DNA of 58,432 bases from an uncultured archaeon (GTDB lineage: Archaea; Hadarchaeota; Hadarchaeia; Hadarchaeales; Hadarchaeaceae). Shown one piece after another: positions 36,885 to 47,721 of this stretch. A program made the translations under genes and the position numbers. The stretch's first letter is position 1. Each line of letters begins with the position of its first letter. The notes below the pieces were generated by a model. It had not been told where the DNA came from. It saw only the letters and a list, made by a program, of their open reading frames with translations, and made no database searches. Location: positions 1-58,432 of the forward strand of contig CAKZTQ010000021.1 in assembly GCA_937921735.1 (NCBI GenBank), given 5' to 3'.

Positions 36885-37712
36885 GTGAGCAACATGAGGA
36901 AAAAACGTGGGGCAAAAGCTCCGGTGATCGTGCTTTCGTTGGCCGTCGCGATATTGGCTTGCGCCTCCCTTTTTCTCTGGCTCAACGCGCGTCAACTCAG
37001 CCGAGAGCTCGAGCGGCGCGAGGAGGAGCTGCTCGAAATCAGCCGGGCGGTGGAGGAGGCCAGGGCGCTCATCGAGAGGCTGGCGGAGAACCTGAGGGCA
37101 AGCAAGGCAACGCTGGAGGTACTGCGTGGACGGGTGGATAAGCTCAGCGAGGAGATAGGGGAACTCGAGTCTAGGTTGGAGGCTCTCAGGCCCAAGGTCA
37201 CGGAGTACTTTGCCATCGGTATCTCGGAGGAGAACGTCGGGGAGGTCATTTCGGTGCGCGTGACGCTGATCGGGGAGGACAACTGGGTGTCGGTCGACCT
37301 CTCCTACGTCTCCTACGGTGAGGACCTCCAAAGGTCCGCGAGGGAGGCGGTGGTAGCCGTCGCCTTTCTGGAGAACAAAAGCTCGCTCGGCGTGGGGGTC
37401 GTGGTCAGGTTTGGAAGTCCAGGTAAGTCGATCAGGGTGGACGGACCTAGCGCGGGGGCAGCGATCGCGATCGCCATCTACGCCTGCCTGCACGGCAAGC
37501 AGGTGGACAACCGAGTGCTGATCACCGGAGCCATAAGGCCCAACGCTACTATAGGCTGGGTTGGCTCGGTCGAGGAGAAGGCGATCGCCGCTCGCGACTG
37601 GGGCGCCAAACTGCTGCTCGTCCCCCGAGGGCAGCACGTAGACGTGCAGGGGATCGAGATCGTCGAGGTCTCCGACCTGCGGGAGGCGCTCGCCTACGTG
37701 TTGAGGGATTGA
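36885..37712 (+). CDS. Membrane-anchored Lon-type (S16) protease domain protein without ATPase
   Basis: N-terminal TM helix, coiled coil, DGPSAG, ITGAI, VGSVEEK (Ser-Lys dyad). Confidence 0.85.
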   Translation: MSNMRKKRGAKAPVIVLSLAVAILACASLFLWLNARQLSRELERREEELLEISRAVEEARALIERLAENLRASKATLEVLRGRVDKLSEEIGELESRLEALRPKVTEYFAIGISEENVGEVISVRVTLIGEDNWVSVDLSYVSYGEDLQRSAREAVVAVAFLENKSSLGVGVVVRFGSPGKSIRVDGPSAGAAIAIAIYACLHGKQVDNRVLITGAIRPNATIGWVGSVEEKAIAARDWGAKLLLVPRGQHVDVQGIEIVEVSDLREALAYVLRD

Positions 37713-37717
37713 GGGGT

Positions 37718-38542
37718 TCATCGACGCAGGCCGAGCACGTCCTGCATGTCGTGCACCTCTCCAGCCCCGCACTTGACGACGTGACGTATCGCCAGCATCG
37801 CTCCCCTCGCGAAGGCCTCCCTGCTGTGGGCGCGGTGCACGAGCTCGAGGCGCTCGCCTGGGGCGGCGAAGGTCACGATGTGCTCGCCTACGATATCGCC
37901 GGCGCGGATGGAGTGGATGCAGATTTCCTCCTTGGTCCTGGGCTGCCTACCCTTCGGCCTGCCGCACCTTATGCTGTCCTTATCCAGCCCCAGCTTCTCG
38001 GCGATTATCTCCGCCGCCCTCAGCGCCGTCCCGCTTGGGGAGTCAACCTTGTGCGAGTGGTGTGCCTCCACGATCTCCACGTCGTAGCCCTTTCCCAGCA
38101 GTTCGGCGGCCACCTCCAGGAGCTTGAAGAAAACGTTCACGCCTATCGACATGTTGGGCGCCACTACCGCGGCGATGCCGGCCTCCCTTATCGTCCTTAA
38201 CATCTCCTCTCTCTGCTCCGGGGTGAAACCGGTGGTCCCCACGACGACCCTCACGCCGCTCTCGGCCGCTGCTCGAACGTTCTCGAGCGCCGCCTCTGGG
38301 TTCGTGAAGTCCACCAGCACATCCGGCCTCACCTCCGCAAGCACCTCCCTCAGCCTCTCCGCGCCCACCGTGCGCACGCCGAGTCCTTCGATGCCCGCGA
38401 GCTCACCGGCGTCCTTACCCGCAAGCGGGGTGTGGGGCGCATCCACGGCCGCGACGAGCTTCATATCAGGCTGTCCCGCGATTTCCCTAACTACTAGCTT
38501 ACCCATCCGCCCGCCCGCGCCACAGACCGCGACCCTAATCAC
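37718..38542 (-). CDS. dapB: 4-hydroxy-tetrahydrodipicolinate reductase
   Basis: GAGGRMG, DFT, GTTG, APNMSIG, EAHHSHKVDSPSGTA. Confidence 0.96.
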   Translation of the reverse strand: MIRVAVCGAGGRMGKLVVREIAGQPDMKLVAAVDAPHTPLAGKDAGELAGIEGLGVRTVGAERLREVLAEVRPDVLVDFTNPEAALENVRAAAESGVRVVVGTTGFTPEQREEMLRTIREAGIAAVVAPNMSIGVNVFFKLLEVAAELLGKGYDVEIVEAHHSHKVDSPSGTALRAAEIIAEKLGLDKDSIRCGRPKGRQPRTKEEICIHSIRAGDIVGEHIVTFAAPGERLELVHRAHSREAFARGAMLAIRHVVKCGAGEVHDMQDVLGLRR

Positions 38543-39428
38543 CCTTCATCAACCCCATGTCCATCAATACCCTGCGCAGCTTCTCCCTGTTCTCAGGCTG
38601 GAGCTCCACCAGCGGGAGCCTGGGCTTGCCGGCTGGCATGCCCATCATCTCCATCGCCGCCTTCACGGGCGAGGGGTTGGTCTCGATGAACAGCGCCTTG
38701 AACAAGGGCATCAGCTCGTAGTGGATTCGCCTGGCCTCCTCCAGCCTGCCCTCGAAGAAGGCGTCCACCAACCTCGCGACCCTCTCCGGCACCAGGTTGG
38801 ACGCCACAGAGATCACGCCCACCCCCCCGAGCGCCAGGATGGGGAAGGTCAGCGAGTCTTCGCCTGCGGTCACGAAGAACTCCCTGTCGTGGGTCAGCTG
38901 AATGATCCTCATCACCTGATCCAAGTTGCCGCTAGCCTCCTTCACGCCGACCACGTTTTTTAGCTCCGCTAGCTTGGCCATGGTCTCTGGCTCGATGTTG
39001 ACGCCGGTGCGGGATGGGATGTTGTACAGCACTTGCGGAATGTCCACCGTTTCCGCGATCTTCTTGAAGTGCTCGTAGAGGCCTCGCTGGGTGGGCTTGT
39101 TGTAGTAGGGCGCCACCAGCAGCGCTCCATCCGCGCCTATCTCCTTGGCGTGCTCGGTCAGCATTATCGCCTCCCAAGTGCTGTTGCTTCCCGTGCCCGC
39201 GAGGACGGGAACCCTACCCTTGGCGGCGTCCACGGTGATCTCTATCACCCTCTTGTGTTCCTCGTACGAGAGCGTCGCGCACTCGCCCGTCGTGCCAACT
39301 GGCACCAAGCCGTGGATGCCCTTCCTTATTTGAAACTCGACGTTCGCGCGCAGCCCCTCCTCATCAACCTCGCCCCTCGCGTCGAAGGGCGTAACCATGG
39401 CCGTGTAGGCCCCTCTAAACACCCTCAA
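38535..39428 (-). CDS. dapA: 4-hydroxy-tetrahydrodipicolinate synthase
   Basis: TPF, GTTGE, PYYNKP, LYNIPSRT, GVKEAS, ETNP. Confidence 0.96.
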   Translation of the reverse strand: MRVFRGAYTAMVTPFDARGEVDEEGLRANVEFQIRKGIHGLVPVGTTGECATLSYEEHKRVIEITVDAAKGRVPVLAGTGSNSTWEAIMLTEHAKEIGADGALLVAPYYNKPTQRGLYEHFKKIAETVDIPQVLYNIPSRTGVNIEPETMAKLAELKNVVGVKEASGNLDQVMRIIQLTHDREFFVTAGEDSLTFPILALGGVGVISVASNLVPERVARLVDAFFEGRLEEARRIHYELMPLFKALFIETNPSPVKAAMEMMGMPAGKPRLPLVELQPENREKLRRVLMDMGLMKGD

Positions 39429-40663
39429 CTACCCACCTCCTTCATGGCTTGCTCCAAGAGCTCGACCGCCCGCTCCCTATCGGCCCAATTCACGAAGAAG
39501 GTGATCGAGGCCCTGCTCGAGAAGATCTCGATGATGTTTATGCCTTCCTTGGCCAGCGGCTCCGTCAGCTTGGCGATGACCCCCGGGGTCTCGATGAACT
39601 TCTCGCTCTCCGCGATGATCATGGCGATGTCCTCCTCGCTCGTCACCGACTTCATCACCTTGTTCCTCACCACGACTCGATGCAGGAGCTCGATCGCGCG
39701 TTTGGCCTCGCGCTTGTTGACGTAGAGCGAGAAGGACCTGGGACCTATCGAGACGCCGAAGATGTTTATTTTTTCCCTGCTGAGCGGCTCCACCGCCCTC
39801 TTCAGCACACCCGGCGTCGATTGCATCTCCTCCCCTACCACCGTCAGCATCGCTAACGGCTTCTCGTACAGGCTCACCCCCATGCTACCACCCCTTGGCC
39901 CAGTTATCACCGTGCCGCGCGCCGAGAGGTCGCCGTGGCGGAAGTGTATCACCTTAGCATTTATCTTTGGGTCCTTATAATCCAGCGCACGCGGGTGAAG
40001 GACTTTGGCGCCATACCTCGCCAAGTCCCGCATTTCCTCCACGGAGATGCTCTCCAACAACCTCGGATCCTTGACCGTGTTCGGGTCGCCGCTCATCACC
40101 CCCTCCACGTCCTTGACCAAGATCACCTCGTCCGCGTCGAGGCAGGCGCCGATGAGGAATGCCGTGATATCGCTCCCTCCCCTGCCCAAAGTTGTGATGC
40201 GACCCTCGGCGTCCTTGCCCAAGAAACCGCAGATCACCGGGATCGCTCCCTCCTCTAGCAGGGGTAGGATGAACCTCCGCACCCTCCGCCGGGTTTCGGG
40301 CAAATCCACCCTCGCGTTGCCGAACGAGCTATCCGTGACCACCGGCCATTCCTCACGGGCGGGGTCTATGCAGCGCGCATCCGCGCCAAAGCTGCGAAGG
40401 GCGGAGGCGAATATTCTGGCGCTCGTTCGCTCGCCCATTGCCAAGATGTCGTCCAACTCCGCGGGGCTGATCCTATCGCCAGTGCTCGACCTGGCCGCCT
40501 CGAGCAACTCATCGGTGGCGTGGCCCATCGCCGACACTACCACCGCCACCTGTGCTCCCCTCTCGACCTCGCGCGCGACGGACCTCGCGGCCAAGCGTAC
40601 CCTCTCGCCGTCGCCCACGCTCATCCCGCCGAACTTCACTACGATCCGCCTCACGTCAACCAC
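39425..40663 (-). CDS. lysC: Aspartate kinase
   Basis: VVKFGG, VVSAMG..TD, GERTS, TLGRGGSD, KDVEG, GAKVLHP, ACT domains. Confidence 0.94.
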   Translation of the reverse strand: MVDVRRIVVKFGGMSVGDGERVRLAARSVAREVERGAQVAVVVSAMGHATDELLEAARSSTGDRISPAELDDILAMGERTSARIFASALRSFGADARCIDPAREEWPVVTDSSFGNARVDLPETRRRVRRFILPLLEEGAIPVICGFLGKDAEGRITTLGRGGSDITAFLIGACLDADEVILVKDVEGVMSGDPNTVKDPRLLESISVEEMRDLARYGAKVLHPRALDYKDPKINAKVIHFRHGDLSARGTVITGPRGGSMGVSLYEKPLAMLTVVGEEMQSTPGVLKRAVEPLSREKINIFGVSIGPRSFSLYVNKREAKRAIELLHRVVVRNKVMKSVTSEEDIAMIIAESEKFIETPGVIAKLTEPLAKEGINIIEIFSSRASITFFVNWADRERAVELLEQAMKEVGS

Positions 40664-41964
40664 CCAGGTATGCGATCCAAGCGGGTGAGGTCCTCGCAGG
40701 TCTCGCGCAGCCTCACCACCTCCGCCCTGCCAGAATTCACCAGCACCATCGCGGGGCGAGGTTGGGCCGTGTGCTGGTTGGACATCGCCAGCCCATAAGC
40801 CCCCACGTCGAAGATCGCGAGCAGGTCACCGGGCTCCACTCGCGGCAGCCTTCGCTCCTTGCCCAGGAAATCGCCGGACTCGCACAGGGGACCTGCGACG
40901 TTCACCACCTGCTCGGGCTCGGCGGTCATCTTGTTCGCGACCTCGATGTGATGGTAGGCCCCATAGAGCGCTGGCCTTATCAGCGCGTTCATGCCCGCAT
41001 CGACCGCCACCCAGCCGGGCATCCCTTGCCTCTCCTTACAGTAGCCGACCCTGGCGAGGAGCACGCCGGCATCGCCTACGATGTAGCGCCCCGGCTCGAA
41101 GGCGAGCGTGGGGGGCACCAGCCCGTGCTCGTCCACCTCCCGCTCGATTATCGGCACCACTCTGGAGGCCAGCTGCTCGGGATGCAATTCCACATCGCCT
41201 GGCTTGTAGGGGATGCCGAGGCCGCCGCCCATATCGAGGAAACGGATGTCCACGTCGAGCTCAGCCTTCAGCTGGGCGACGAGCGCCATTAGCCTCTCCG
41301 CCTCCTCCTCGAACGGCGCGGGGTCCAAGATCTGGGAGCCGATGTGGCAGTGGATGCCCACCACCTCCACGGTTTCCATCCCGGAGGCCATGCGGTACGC
41401 CTCAAGGGCTTGGCCGCTGGCGACGTCGAGGCCGAACTTGCTCTCCCTCAAGCCAGTGGCGATGTAGGGATGGGTGGGCGCGCTGATATCTGGGTTCACC
41501 CTAAAGCCGATGCGCGCGCGGCGTCCGAGCCTAGACGCGATGCGGTCGACGGTGTGGAGCTCCTGGAGGCTGTCGACGTTTACCAACACGTCCTCCGCTA
41601 TCGCCAGCTCCAGCTCGGCTGACGACTTGTTGTTGCCGTTGAAGACCGTCCGCTCGCCGGGCACGCCCACGCGGCGGGCTATGTTGAGCTCGCAGAGAGA
41701 GCTGACCTCCGCGCCGGCGCCCTCGCTCTGCAATATCTTGCAGATCGCGAGGTTGGAGTTCGCCTTGTAGGCGTAGCAGACCATGACGTCCCGCCAACGC
41801 CGAGCGAAGGCGCGGTAAAAGCGCCTGTAGTTCTCGCGGACCCGCTGCTCGTCGACGACGTAAAGTGGCGTGCCGAAGCGCTCCGCCAGCTCGACGGAGT
41901 CGCAGCCCCCGATTATCAGGTGTCCCTGCTCGTCGACCTCGAAATGGGATTTCAACATCAGCAT
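40651..41964 (-). CDS. lysA: Diaminopimelate decarboxylase
   Basis: [45 protein letters not shown]. Confidence 0.95.
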   Translation of the reverse strand: MLMLKSHFEVDEQGHLIIGGCDSVELAERFGTPLYVVDEQRVRENYRRFYRAFARRWRDVMVCYAYKANSNLAICKILQSEGAGAEVSSLCELNIARRVGVPGERTVFNGNNKSSAELELAIAEDVLVNVDSLQELHTVDRIASRLGRRARIGFRVNPDISAPTHPYIATGLRESKFGLDVASGQALEAYRMASGMETVEVVGIHCHIGSQILDPAPFEEEAERLMALVAQLKAELDVDIRFLDMGGGLGIPYKPGDVELHPEQLASRVVPIIEREVDEHGLVPPTLAFEPGRYIVGDAGVLLARVGYCKERQGMPGWVAVDAGMNALIRPALYGAYHHIEVANKMTAEPEQVVNVAGPLCESGDFLGKERRLPRVEPGDLLAIFDVGAYGLAMSNQHTAQPRPAMVLVNSGRAEVVRLRETCEDLTRLDRIPGWLT

Positions 41965-43331
41965 GCCCTCTCCACCTCCTCGAGCGCCCGCCCGAACAGG
42001 TCTAGCCCCAGCTCCAGCTCCTTCCTGCTTATGATCAGGGGAGGGGCTATGCGGATGGTCGAGCGCCCCCCGCGGAAGACTATCACCCCCCTGTTCAAGG
42101 CCTTGCGCACCACGGCGTCGCGCTCCTCCACCGCTGGCTGCTTACGCTCGCGATCCTTCACGAGCTCCACCGCCAGCAGCAGGCCCTTGCCCCTGACCTC
42201 GCCCACGAGCTTGCTTTTTTCAGCCATCTCCTGCAGCCTCGCCAGCGCCAGCCTGCCAAGCTTCTCCGCCCGCTCGACCAATTTTTGCCGCTTCAGGACC
42301 TTCAGGCCCGCGAGGGCCGCGGCGCAGGCGAGGAGGTTGCCGCCGAAGGTGCTGGCGTGGGCGCCAGGCGACCAATCCATGACGTCGGCGCGCGCTACGG
42401 TGGCGCCCATGGGCACCATTCCCCCCGCTAGGGCTTTAGCCAGGCAGATGATGTCCGGCGCCACGCGCCAGTGCTCCATCGCGAACATCTTGCCCGTCCT
42501 GCCCAGGCCCGTCTGGATCTCGTCCGCTATCAGCAGCCAGCCGTGCTCCTCGCACAGCTCCTTGAGCATGGGGTAGAACTCGGGCGGGGGGATGATGTAG
42601 CCCGCGTTGCCCTGGATGGGCTCGGTTATCACCGCCGCCACCTCCTCGGGGGGCGTGGTGGTGGCTAGCGAGCTTCGGAGGTACTCGAAGCACAGGAAGT
42701 CGCAGCCGGGGTAGCTCTGCCCGAACTGGCAGCGGTAGCAGTAGGGGAAAGGCGCAAAGCTCACGCCCGGCACCAAGGGCTCGAAGAACCTCCGGTGCGT
42801 CGCGCTGCTCGACGACAAGCTCATCGCGCCGAAGGTTCGGCCGTGAAAGGCGCCCGCGAACGCGATCATGCGTGGGCGGCGGGTGTGCCAGCGAGCGCAC
42901 TTGAACGCCGCCTCCACCGCCTCGGTGCCGCTGTTGGCGAAGAACACGCGCTTCTCGAAGCTGCCCGGCGCGAGCGAAACCAGCTCCTCCGCGAGCTCCA
43001 CCTGAAGCTCATAGTAGAAGTCGGTGCCCGCGAAGTGCGTCAGCCTGGCGGCCTGCCTCTGCACCGCTCGAACCAGCGCGGGGTGGGAATAACCGTAGTT
43101 GAGCACGAACATGCCGGACGAGAGATCGAGGAAGACATTGCCGTCGACGTCGCGCACGTAAACGCCCCAGCCCTCCTCCCCCACCAGCGGGTCGGCTCGC
43201 GTGTAGGAAGGCGAGATCACGCGCTCGTCGCGCTCGATGATCCTCCTCGCTCTTGGGCCTGGGATCTGTTTGATCACGCGCGGCCCACCCCTGACCCAAC
43301 TCGGCCTGGACAAGGAGATCACCGACGGCAT
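41958..43331 (-). CDS. Class-III PLP aminotransferase (ornithine/4-aminobutyrate AT-like), first gene of the lysine cluster
   Basis: [48 protein letters not shown]; TATA-like box ~25 nt above ATG 43331 (alternative GTG 43277). Confidence 0.9.
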   Translation of the reverse strand: MPSVISLSRPSWVRGGPRVIKQIPGPRARRIIERDERVISPSYTRADPLVGEEGWGVYVRDVDGNVFLDLSSGMFVLNYGYSHPALVRAVQRQAARLTHFAGTDFYYELQVELAEELVSLAPGSFEKRVFFANSGTEAVEAAFKCARWHTRRPRMIAFAGAFHGRTFGAMSLSSSSATHRRFFEPLVPGVSFAPFPYCYRCQFGQSYPGCDFLCFEYLRSSLATTTPPEEVAAVITEPIQGNAGYIIPPPEFYPMLKELCEEHGWLLIADEIQTGLGRTGKMFAMEHWRVAPDIICLAKALAGGMVPMGATVARADVMDWSPGAHASTFGGNLLACAAALAGLKVLKRQKLVERAEKLGRLALARLQEMAEKSKLVGEVRGKGLLLAVELVKDRERKQPAVEERDAVVRKALNRGVIVFRGGRSTIRIAPPLIISRKELELGLDLFGRALEEVERAC

Positions 43332-43638
43332 TAATGAAAACGAGCAGGTATTTAATAAGCTCGATGAGGGCGGGCTAGCTAGCGACGAGCACCTTAAAGC
43401 CATCAGCCCTTAAAGCCCTCACCCATCTTCTGCCCCAGCTAGCTATTCGGCGCGGGTTTAAAAAAGCTTTCGTTGCGGCGATGATCATTCGTGGTGAAGC
43501 TCCTATCGCTTGGCCCGCCGGACGAGCTGATCGGCTGCTACTCCCGAGCGATTTCCTCGCCATCTACGGGGTCCGTGACGCCACTTCCCCTAGGCACCTA
43601 CCTTTTTTATACTGCAGGACAACTTGCTTTGGAGGCAA

Positions 43639-45159
43639 ATGATAACCCCGCAGCGCATGCGAGCGCTTGAGGCGAACGCCGCCTGGCTGGGCGTCCCCCG
43701 GCTGTTGCTGATGGAGAACGCGGGTGCAGCGGTGGCTAGGGAGGTGGCTAGGCGAGGCGTCGTCGGCAAGCGCGTGGTGGTGTTCGCAGGACTAGGCAAC
43801 AACGGCGGCGACGGCCTCGTGGCGGCGAGGCACCTGGCCAACGCGGGCGCAAGCGTCGAGGTTGTGCTCCTCGGCGACCCTAAGCTCATCGCCACCCCCG
43901 AGGCGAGGGCCAATTGGCAGGTGCTCCAGAACCTGCGGAGGAGCGTGAAGTGCCTCGTGGTCAAGGACTCGTCGGAGCTTCGGGCGCTCGGTGAGAAAAA
44001 GGCCGACGTGGTGATCGACGCGATGCTCGGCACCGGGGCGGCAGGGAGGCTGCGGGAGCCCATCGCCAGCGCCGCTAGGGCGATCAACTCCATGAGGGCC
44101 TACAAGGTGGCCGTCGACGTGCCCACCGGCGTGGATCCGCTGACCGGCGAGGCCTCGCCCGAAGCGGTAAAGTGCCATCTGACGGTCACCTTCCACGACG
44201 TGAAACCCGGGCTGAAGAAGGGCAAGCGCTACGCCGGCGAGGTGGTCATAGCCGACATAGGACTGCCTCGGGAGGCCGAGACCACCGCGGGCCCGGGCGA
44301 CGTGCTCATGGCGCTGCCCGAGCGGAGGCCGGAGTCGCACAAGGGCGAACACGGAAGGCTGCTGGTCGTGGGGGGGAGTTCGAGCTACACGGGCGCTCCC
44401 GCTCTCGTGGGGCTGGCGGCGCTTAGGGCTGGCGTCGACCTGGCGACGATAGCCGCACCCGCCGAGGTGGCGACGGTCATAAGCTCCTTCTCGCCAGACC
44501 TCATCGTGGCCAAGCTTCCGGGCAAGGACCTGACGCCGGAGGCCCTCCCAGCGCTGCGGGCGCAACTCGAGCGCTCCAGCGCCGTAGTGGTGGGGCCGGG
44601 CTTGGGCACCTCGAACGCCACGAGGGATGCCGTGGTCGAGCTGGCCCGCCTGCTATCGCAGAGGCATCCCGAGCTCCCGGCGTTGTTCGACGCCGACGGA
44701 CTGAAGGCAATCGCGTCCGAGCGAAAGCTGTTGCGCGGGCGGGGATGGGTGCTCACGCCCCACGCGAGGGAGTTCGAGCTGCTCACGGGCATCGACCTTC
44801 CCGCGGACGTCGAGGGCAGGCTCGAGCAGGTGAGGGCTGCCGCGAAGGAGCTCGATTGCGTGATGCTGCTGAAGGCTCACGTCGACGTCATCGCCTCCCC
44901 CAACGGCGAGTTCGCCCTCAACTACACCGGCAACCCTGGCATGACCGTGGGCGGCACGGGCGACGTGCTCGCGGGCATAGTAGGCGCCTTTCTATCGCAG
45001 GGGGTGGAACCCTTCCGCGCCGCCGTGGCAGGAGCCTTCGCCTGCGGCAGGGCGGGCGACCTTTGCAAGCTGGAGAAGGGATACGAGTTCACCGCCAGCG
45101 ACGTCATCGAGAAGCTGCCGGCGGTCTTCTCCGAGGCTAGGACAGCTGCAAATTTATAG
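43639..45159 (+). CDS. nnr: Bifunctional NAD(P)HX epimerase/dehydratase
   Basis: [47 protein letters not shown]. Confidence 0.95.
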   Translation: MITPQRMRALEANAAWLGVPRLLLMENAGAAVAREVARRGVVGKRVVVFAGLGNNGGDGLVAARHLANAGASVEVVLLGDPKLIATPEARANWQVLQNLRRSVKCLVVKDSSELRALGEKKADVVIDAMLGTGAAGRLREPIASAARAINSMRAYKVAVDVPTGVDPLTGEASPEAVKCHLTVTFHDVKPGLKKGKRYAGEVVIADIGLPREAETTAGPGDVLMALPERRPESHKGEHGRLLVVGGSSSYTGAPALVGLAALRAGVDLATIAAPAEVATVISSFSPDLIVAKLPGKDLTPEALPALRAQLERSSAVVVGPGLGTSNATRDAVVELARLLSQRHPELPALFDADGLKAIASERKLLRGRGWVLTPHAREFELLTGIDLPADVEGRLEQVRAAAKELDCVMLLKAHVDVIASPNGEFALNYTGNPGMTVGGTGDVLAGIVGAFLSQGVEPFRAAVAGAFACGRAGDLCKLEKGYEFTASDVIEKLPAVFSEARTAANL

Positions 45160-45190
45160 CTCGGGCGAGATATCGATTCCGGGGTCTGCC

Positions 45191-45337
45191 ATGGCGAGGT
45201 TCGAGGTCGCCGAGAGGCGTCTGTTCAACGTCAAGATATGCAGGCGCTGCAACGCACGTAACCCTTGGAAGGCGACGAAGTGTAGGAAGTGCGGCTACGG
45301 TGCGTTGCGCCCGAAGGCTAAGGAGCCGAGGGGATGA
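45191..45337 (+). CDS. rpl40e: 50S ribosomal protein eL40
   Basis: [48 protein letters not shown]; not in the ORF track. Confidence 0.95.
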   Translation: MARFEVAERRLFNVKICRRCNARNPWKATKCRKCGYGALRPKAKEPRG

Positions 45338-46113
45338 AGGTAGAGAAGTATTTGCTGAGGATCATCGAGCGCGAGGGGGCCGCGCACCTCTCGCTCATAG
45401 ACCCGGCAAAGCAGTCGCCGGAGGTCGCCGGGAGGATGGCCTCGAGCGTGGCCGAGGGGGGAAGCGATGGGATAATGGTTGGGGGCTCCACCGGCGCCGG
45501 CGGCGAGCTGCTCGACGAGACCGTGCTCGCGATAAAGGACGCGGTGGACCTGCCGGTGATACTCTTCCCCGCGAGCGAGCTCTGCATAAGCGGGCATGCG
45601 GACGCCATCTTTTTCATGAGCATGCTGAACTCGGCCGACCCCTACTACATAACCGGTGCTCAGAGGCTGGGCGCCCCACGCGTCAAGGAGTTCGGGCTGG
45701 AAGCGATACCCATGGCTTACTTGGTGGTGGAGCCGGGCGGCGCCGCTGGAAGGGTGGGGAAGGCGAACCTGATCCCCCGCGATGAGCCGGAGCTCGCGGC
45801 TTCGTATGCGCTCGCGGCGCAGTACCTAGGCATGAGGTTCATTTACTTGGAGGCGGGCTCGGGCGCCGAGGCACCTGTGCCGGTCGAGATGGTCCGAGCG
45901 GTCAGGCGGGCGGTGGACTCAACGCTACTCGTGGGAGGAGGCATAAGGACACCCGAGGCCGCGGCTGAGCGCGTCGAGGCGGGGGCTGATATCGTGGTGA
46001 CGGGGACCTTGGTGGAGGAGGTCAAAAACAGGGCCGAGAGGATAAGGGGGATCGTCAGGGCGATCAAATCAGGCCGCGGTGCTTCGCGCAGGAGATGCAA
46101 GCGTAGCCCTTGA
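45334..46113 (+). CDS. Geranylgeranylglyceryl phosphate synthase
   Basis: LIDP, MVGGST, ILFP, YLEAGSG, VGGGIR, VTGT; ATGA-coupled to rpl40e. Confidence 0.93.
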   Translation: MKVEKYLLRIIEREGAAHLSLIDPAKQSPEVAGRMASSVAEGGSDGIMVGGSTGAGGELLDETVLAIKDAVDLPVILFPASELCISGHADAIFFMSMLNSADPYYITGAQRLGAPRVKEFGLEAIPMAYLVVEPGGAAGRVGKANLIPRDEPELAASYALAAQYLGMRFIYLEAGSGAEAPVPVEMVRAVRRAVDSTLLVGGGIRTPEAAAERVEAGADIVVTGTLVEEVKNRAERIRGIVRAIKSGRGASRRRCKRSP

Positions 46114-46282
46114 TGCCGGAGGTGAAGACGCGGCGCCTGTCTATGCCCGGGATCTTGGGATCGATCCTGAACCCCTTGTGGACGACGATCGCCTTGATGC
46201 GAGGCGTGAGGCGACCGCAGTAAATGCACGGCACCGGCTGACTTCGACCACCCGCCTTGTAGTGTCCCCACTTCTTGCCCAT
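46064..46282 (-). CDS. rps26e: 30S ribosomal protein eS26
   Basis: CIYCGRLTPRIKAI...[13 protein letters not shown], the eS26 zinc-finger pattern. Confidence 0.75.
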   Translation of the reverse strand: MGKKWGHYKAGGRSQPVPCIYCGRLTPRIKAIVVHKGFRIDPKIPGIDRRRVFTSGIKGYACISCAKHRGLI

Positions 46283-46300
46283 TCTCCCACCCTTCCGAGC

Positions 46301-46596
46301 GCCGACGAGTCGGCCGTAACCCGTCTTCTGTTTTCAGGCGGCATTCTGCTGAGCGGGCTACCACCCGCCTCAGGCGGGCGCTCATCGGCGGCGACTTGCC
46401 CTTGCATCTCGCGGATTGGCCGTTTCACCCTCGCTCGGCCCGACCTCAACGTCCCCGCATCATCGCGCGGGCCGGGAGGTGTCGTTTCTGTGCCAGGGTC
46501 TGGCCTCTCGGCCAGGTCCTCGCGGACCCGCGAGCCCGCCGGATGGACGGAGTTTCCTCAGGCCTTCGCCCGACGGCCGCCCACCGACTCGCCGGC
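46301..46596 (-). ncRNA. rnpB: RNase P RNA
   Basis: P1 GCCGGCGAGTCGG/CCGACTCGTCGGC; conserved regions GAGGAAACTCC, ACAGAAAC, TGAAAC and AACAGAAGACGGGTTA. Confidence 0.93.
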
Positions 46597-46719
46597 ATAC
46601 AACTTTAGCCTCAACTCGGTTAAGAAGGTTTCCCTTAGCGCTTCAGAGCAGCGCGGACATACCCCACGGGCATCTGCATGCCTTTTAAAAATCGCACGCA
46701 AAGGTTGAGCGGTGGTGAC

Positions 46720-47142
46720 TTGAAGATCTTCATCGCCGGGCCGCTCTTCTCACAAGCCGAGAGGGAGTTCAACCTCAAGGTCGACGAGCACCTTCGCGAG
46801 CAGGGCTTCGAGACCTTCCTGCCCCAGCGCGACGTGGGCGAGCTGGACGAGCTCCTCCGCAAGAAGGGCAGGCGGGCCTACCGCGAGGTCTTCGAGCGGG
46901 ACCTAGCCGGCATGGATCGGTCGGACGTCGTCGTCGCCATCCTCGATGGAGCGGACGTCGACAGCGGTACCGCCTTCGAGGTCGGCTACGCCTTCGCGAA
47001 GGGCAAGCCGGTGATCGGCCTCAAGACGGACATGAGGGTGTTCGCGAAGGGCGAGGAGCTCAACAACATGCTGGCCCAAGCCATACGTGCGCTGGCGAGG
47101 AACTTGGACGAGCTCGTCGAGGAGCTGAGGAGGCTTGGTTGA
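46720..47142 (+). CDS. Nucleoside 2-deoxyribosyltransferase-family protein
   Basis: IFIAGPLFS, FLPQ, DSGTAFEVGYA..GKPV, NNML. Confidence 0.88.
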   Translation: MKIFIAGPLFSQAEREFNLKVDEHLREQGFETFLPQRDVGELDELLRKKGRRAYREVFERDLAGMDRSDVVVAILDGADVDSGTAFEVGYAFAKGKPVIGLKTDMRVFAKGEELNNMLAQAIRALARNLDELVEELRRLG

Positions 47143-47425
47143 TCCCGCGTTCGCGAACGTCGAGCAGCGAGCGAACATGTTCCTCATCAGGCTCGCCCCT
47201 GGAAAATATGCGTACCTGAAGTACCACCTGGAGGGCGAGACCATGCACATCGATGCCACCTTCACGCCCGAGGAACATCGCGGCCGAGGCTTGGCGGAGA
47301 GGCTCACCAGGGCCGCCATCGAATACGCGAGGGAGAAGGGGTTCAAGGTCATGCCCAACTGCAGCTACGCTAAGCGCTACTTCGAGCGACACCCGGAGCT
47401 TCGAGAGATGCTCGCGAGCGAGTAG
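47135..47425 (+). CDS. Small GNAT acetyltransferase (YjdJ-like)
   Basis: TFTPEEHRGRGLA, KVMPNCSY...F..HPE. Confidence 0.85.
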   Translation: MVDPAFANVEQRANMFLIRLAPGKYAYLKYHLEGETMHIDATFTPEEHRGRGLAERLTRAAIEYAREKGFKVMPNCSYAKRYFERHPELREMLASE

Positions 47426-47515
47426 GCCTGCCTTGACATGAGCTGCGGCATGAAGGATAAGTCAACCAGATTTCTCGGGAAGCGAACGAGCCGCTGCGAA
47501 GCGAAGTTATTTTTA

Positions 47516-47531
47516 TGTTACATATGTAACA
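47516..47531. promoter_or_regulatory. Perfect 16-bp palindrome, candidate transcription-factor site
   Basis: TGTTACATATGTAACA immediately upstream of a TTTAAAAA TATA-like box. Confidence 0.6.
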
Positions 47532-47563
47532 AAAAATTTAAAAAAATCGCCGCGGTGGTAGCG

Positions 47564-47695
47564 ATGAAGTCGCTGTGCAAGAGGTGCTGGCGGAGGCAGG
47601 AGTGCAGACCCAACTACCCCCTCGTCGGCGGCGCCGGGGTGGTGGTCTGCGACAGGTTCAAGGGGGGAGAAGGCGCGGCGGATAAAAGCTTATAG
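47564..47695 (+). CDS. 43-aa Cys-rich microprotein
   Basis: MKSLCKRCWRRQEC...VVCDRF; GGTGG SD and TATA-like box upstream. Confidence 0.5.
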   Translation: MKSLCKRCWRRQECRPNYPLVGGAGVVVCDRFKGGEGAADKSL

Positions 47696-47721
47696 CCCGG
47701 CGATGAGTGTAAGATGGTCGC

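Noticed and set aside
43470-43600. C/D-box sRNA or fluoride riboswitch (GGCGATGA...CTGA)
   Set aside because: Internal boxes and riboswitch pairing are not convincing; would need an Infernal search
46079-46708. ORFs of 209, 180, 102 and 90 aa
   Set aside because: They overlap the RNase P RNA and rps26e; shadow frames
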